Shown here piece after piece: positions 63,282 through 64,000 of a stretch of 64,000 bases of DNA. Within the stretch, counting starts at the first letter, position 1. Every line of letters starts with the position of its first letter. The translations under genes were made by a program, and so were the position numbers. Origin of the DNA: an uncultured Candidatus Binatia bacterium (GTDB lineage Bacteria; Desulfobacterota; Binatia; UBA9968; CAXXLF01); contig OZ244621.1 in the NCBI GenBank assembly GCA_965218425.1, forward strand, positions 1,856,001 through 1,920,000, written 5' to 3'. The notes under the pieces were generated by a model. The model did no database searches, was not told the DNA's origin, and saw only the letters and a list, made by a program, of their open reading frames with translations.

Positions 63282-64000
63282 CTATCCCGGGAAGCGGGGC
63301 TCGGGCAGACCGCGAACTCCGGGAACCACGGCGAACAGTCCGCCGGAGAGAGGCGCCCGGGCCAGTTGTTCCGCGGTCAACGTCTCCCTGGCGGTGGTCA
63401 CATACAACACGTCGAGGTCGTCCCCGCCGAAGGTGCAGCTTGTGGGGCGCGGCACGGGAAGCTCGACGACGCGGTCCACCTCGCCGCTTGGACTATAACG
63501 GACGACTTGACCCAGCCCCGGCTGAGCGTTCCACACGCAACCTTCGCCGTCCACCGTGAGTCCGTCGGGGACGCCCCCGGATTTTTCATCCACCGAGGCG
63601 AACAGGCGTTGATTGGAAAGCGTTCCTTCGGCCGCGTCGAAATCAAAGGCGTGGATGCAATGGCGAAAGCTCTCGGCGAAGTACATTGTGCGATTGTCGG
63701 GACTCCAGCCCAGGCCGTTGGACAGTCTAACCCGGCTCAGAGCCCGTGTGATGCGGCCGCCGGGGTCGAACCGGTACAGGTTCCCCGAAGGCGCATCGCA
63801 TCGCGCTAGGTTCATGGTGCCGGCCCAGAATCGTCCTTGCCGGTCGCACTTGCCGTCGTTGAAGCGGCACTCCGACATGTCCGACCGCGGGCCGCCCAGA
63901 AGGTCCAGTATCCCGGTGCCGGGATCGAAAAAGGCGAACTTGTCCTTGACGGTGACGATCAAGCCGCCCTGCTCCCGCAAGGCGACCGAGCTGACGGTTT
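63282..64000 (-). CDS. SMP-30/gluconolactonase/LRE family protein (5' end outside the window)
   Basis: RFNDGKCD..GRFWAGTM, SNGLGWSPD, PDG..VD.EG..W, PTSCTFGG. Confidence 0.92.
   Translation of the reverse strand, partial: TVSSVALREQGGLIVTVKDKFAFFDPGTGILDLLGGPRSDMSECRFNDGKCDRQGRFWAGTMNLARCDAPSGNLYRFDPGGRITRALSRVRLSNGLGWSPDNRTMYFAESFRHCIHAFDFDAAEGTLSNQRLFASVDEKSGGVPDGLTVDGEGCVWNAQPGLGQVVRYSPSGEVDRVVELPVPRPTSCTFGGDDLDVLYVTTARETLTAEQLARAPLSGGLFAVVPGVRGLPEPRFPG

Overview
A 64-kb bacterial chromosomal segment. The gene repertoire and synteny resemble Deltaproteobacteria/Binatia-like genomes (inference only). The core is housekeeping: grpE-dnaK-dnaJ-lon-thiL-larB, recO-glyQS-ppdK, alr-purH-purD-purE-tsaC, nth, lhr, aat. 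Accessory patches are interspersed: (i) an aromatic-catabolism operon (ALDH, benzoate-CoA ligase family, class II aldolase, dihydroxyphthalate-decarboxylase-like); (ii) an islet with a Zn-ribbon DUF1156-type adenine methyltransferase overlapping a PD-(D/E)xK nuclease, gene debris and a frameshifted type IV pilin; (iii) a gentisate-dioxygenase-like cupin; (iv) envelope-modification genes; (v) a GC-rich katG next to a truncated DUF3501 gene and a Fur/PerR regulator; (vi) a GC-rich tkt/xfp-remnant/gluconolactonase block. The best candidate for an undescribed system is a three-gene operon at 57706-60521: a short BoxB-like di-iron aryl-CoA epoxidase, a thioredoxin-like [2Fe-2S] ferredoxin and a stand-alone NuoF-like flavoprotein. 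It has no BoxA/BoxC in the window and lies under a sigma70-type promoter overlapped by a perfect 18-bp palindrome resembling a TetR/PaaR operator. Structured inverted-repeat elements with 9-nt periodicity flank the lhr block. No rRNA, intact tRNA, CRISPR array or transposase was recognised.
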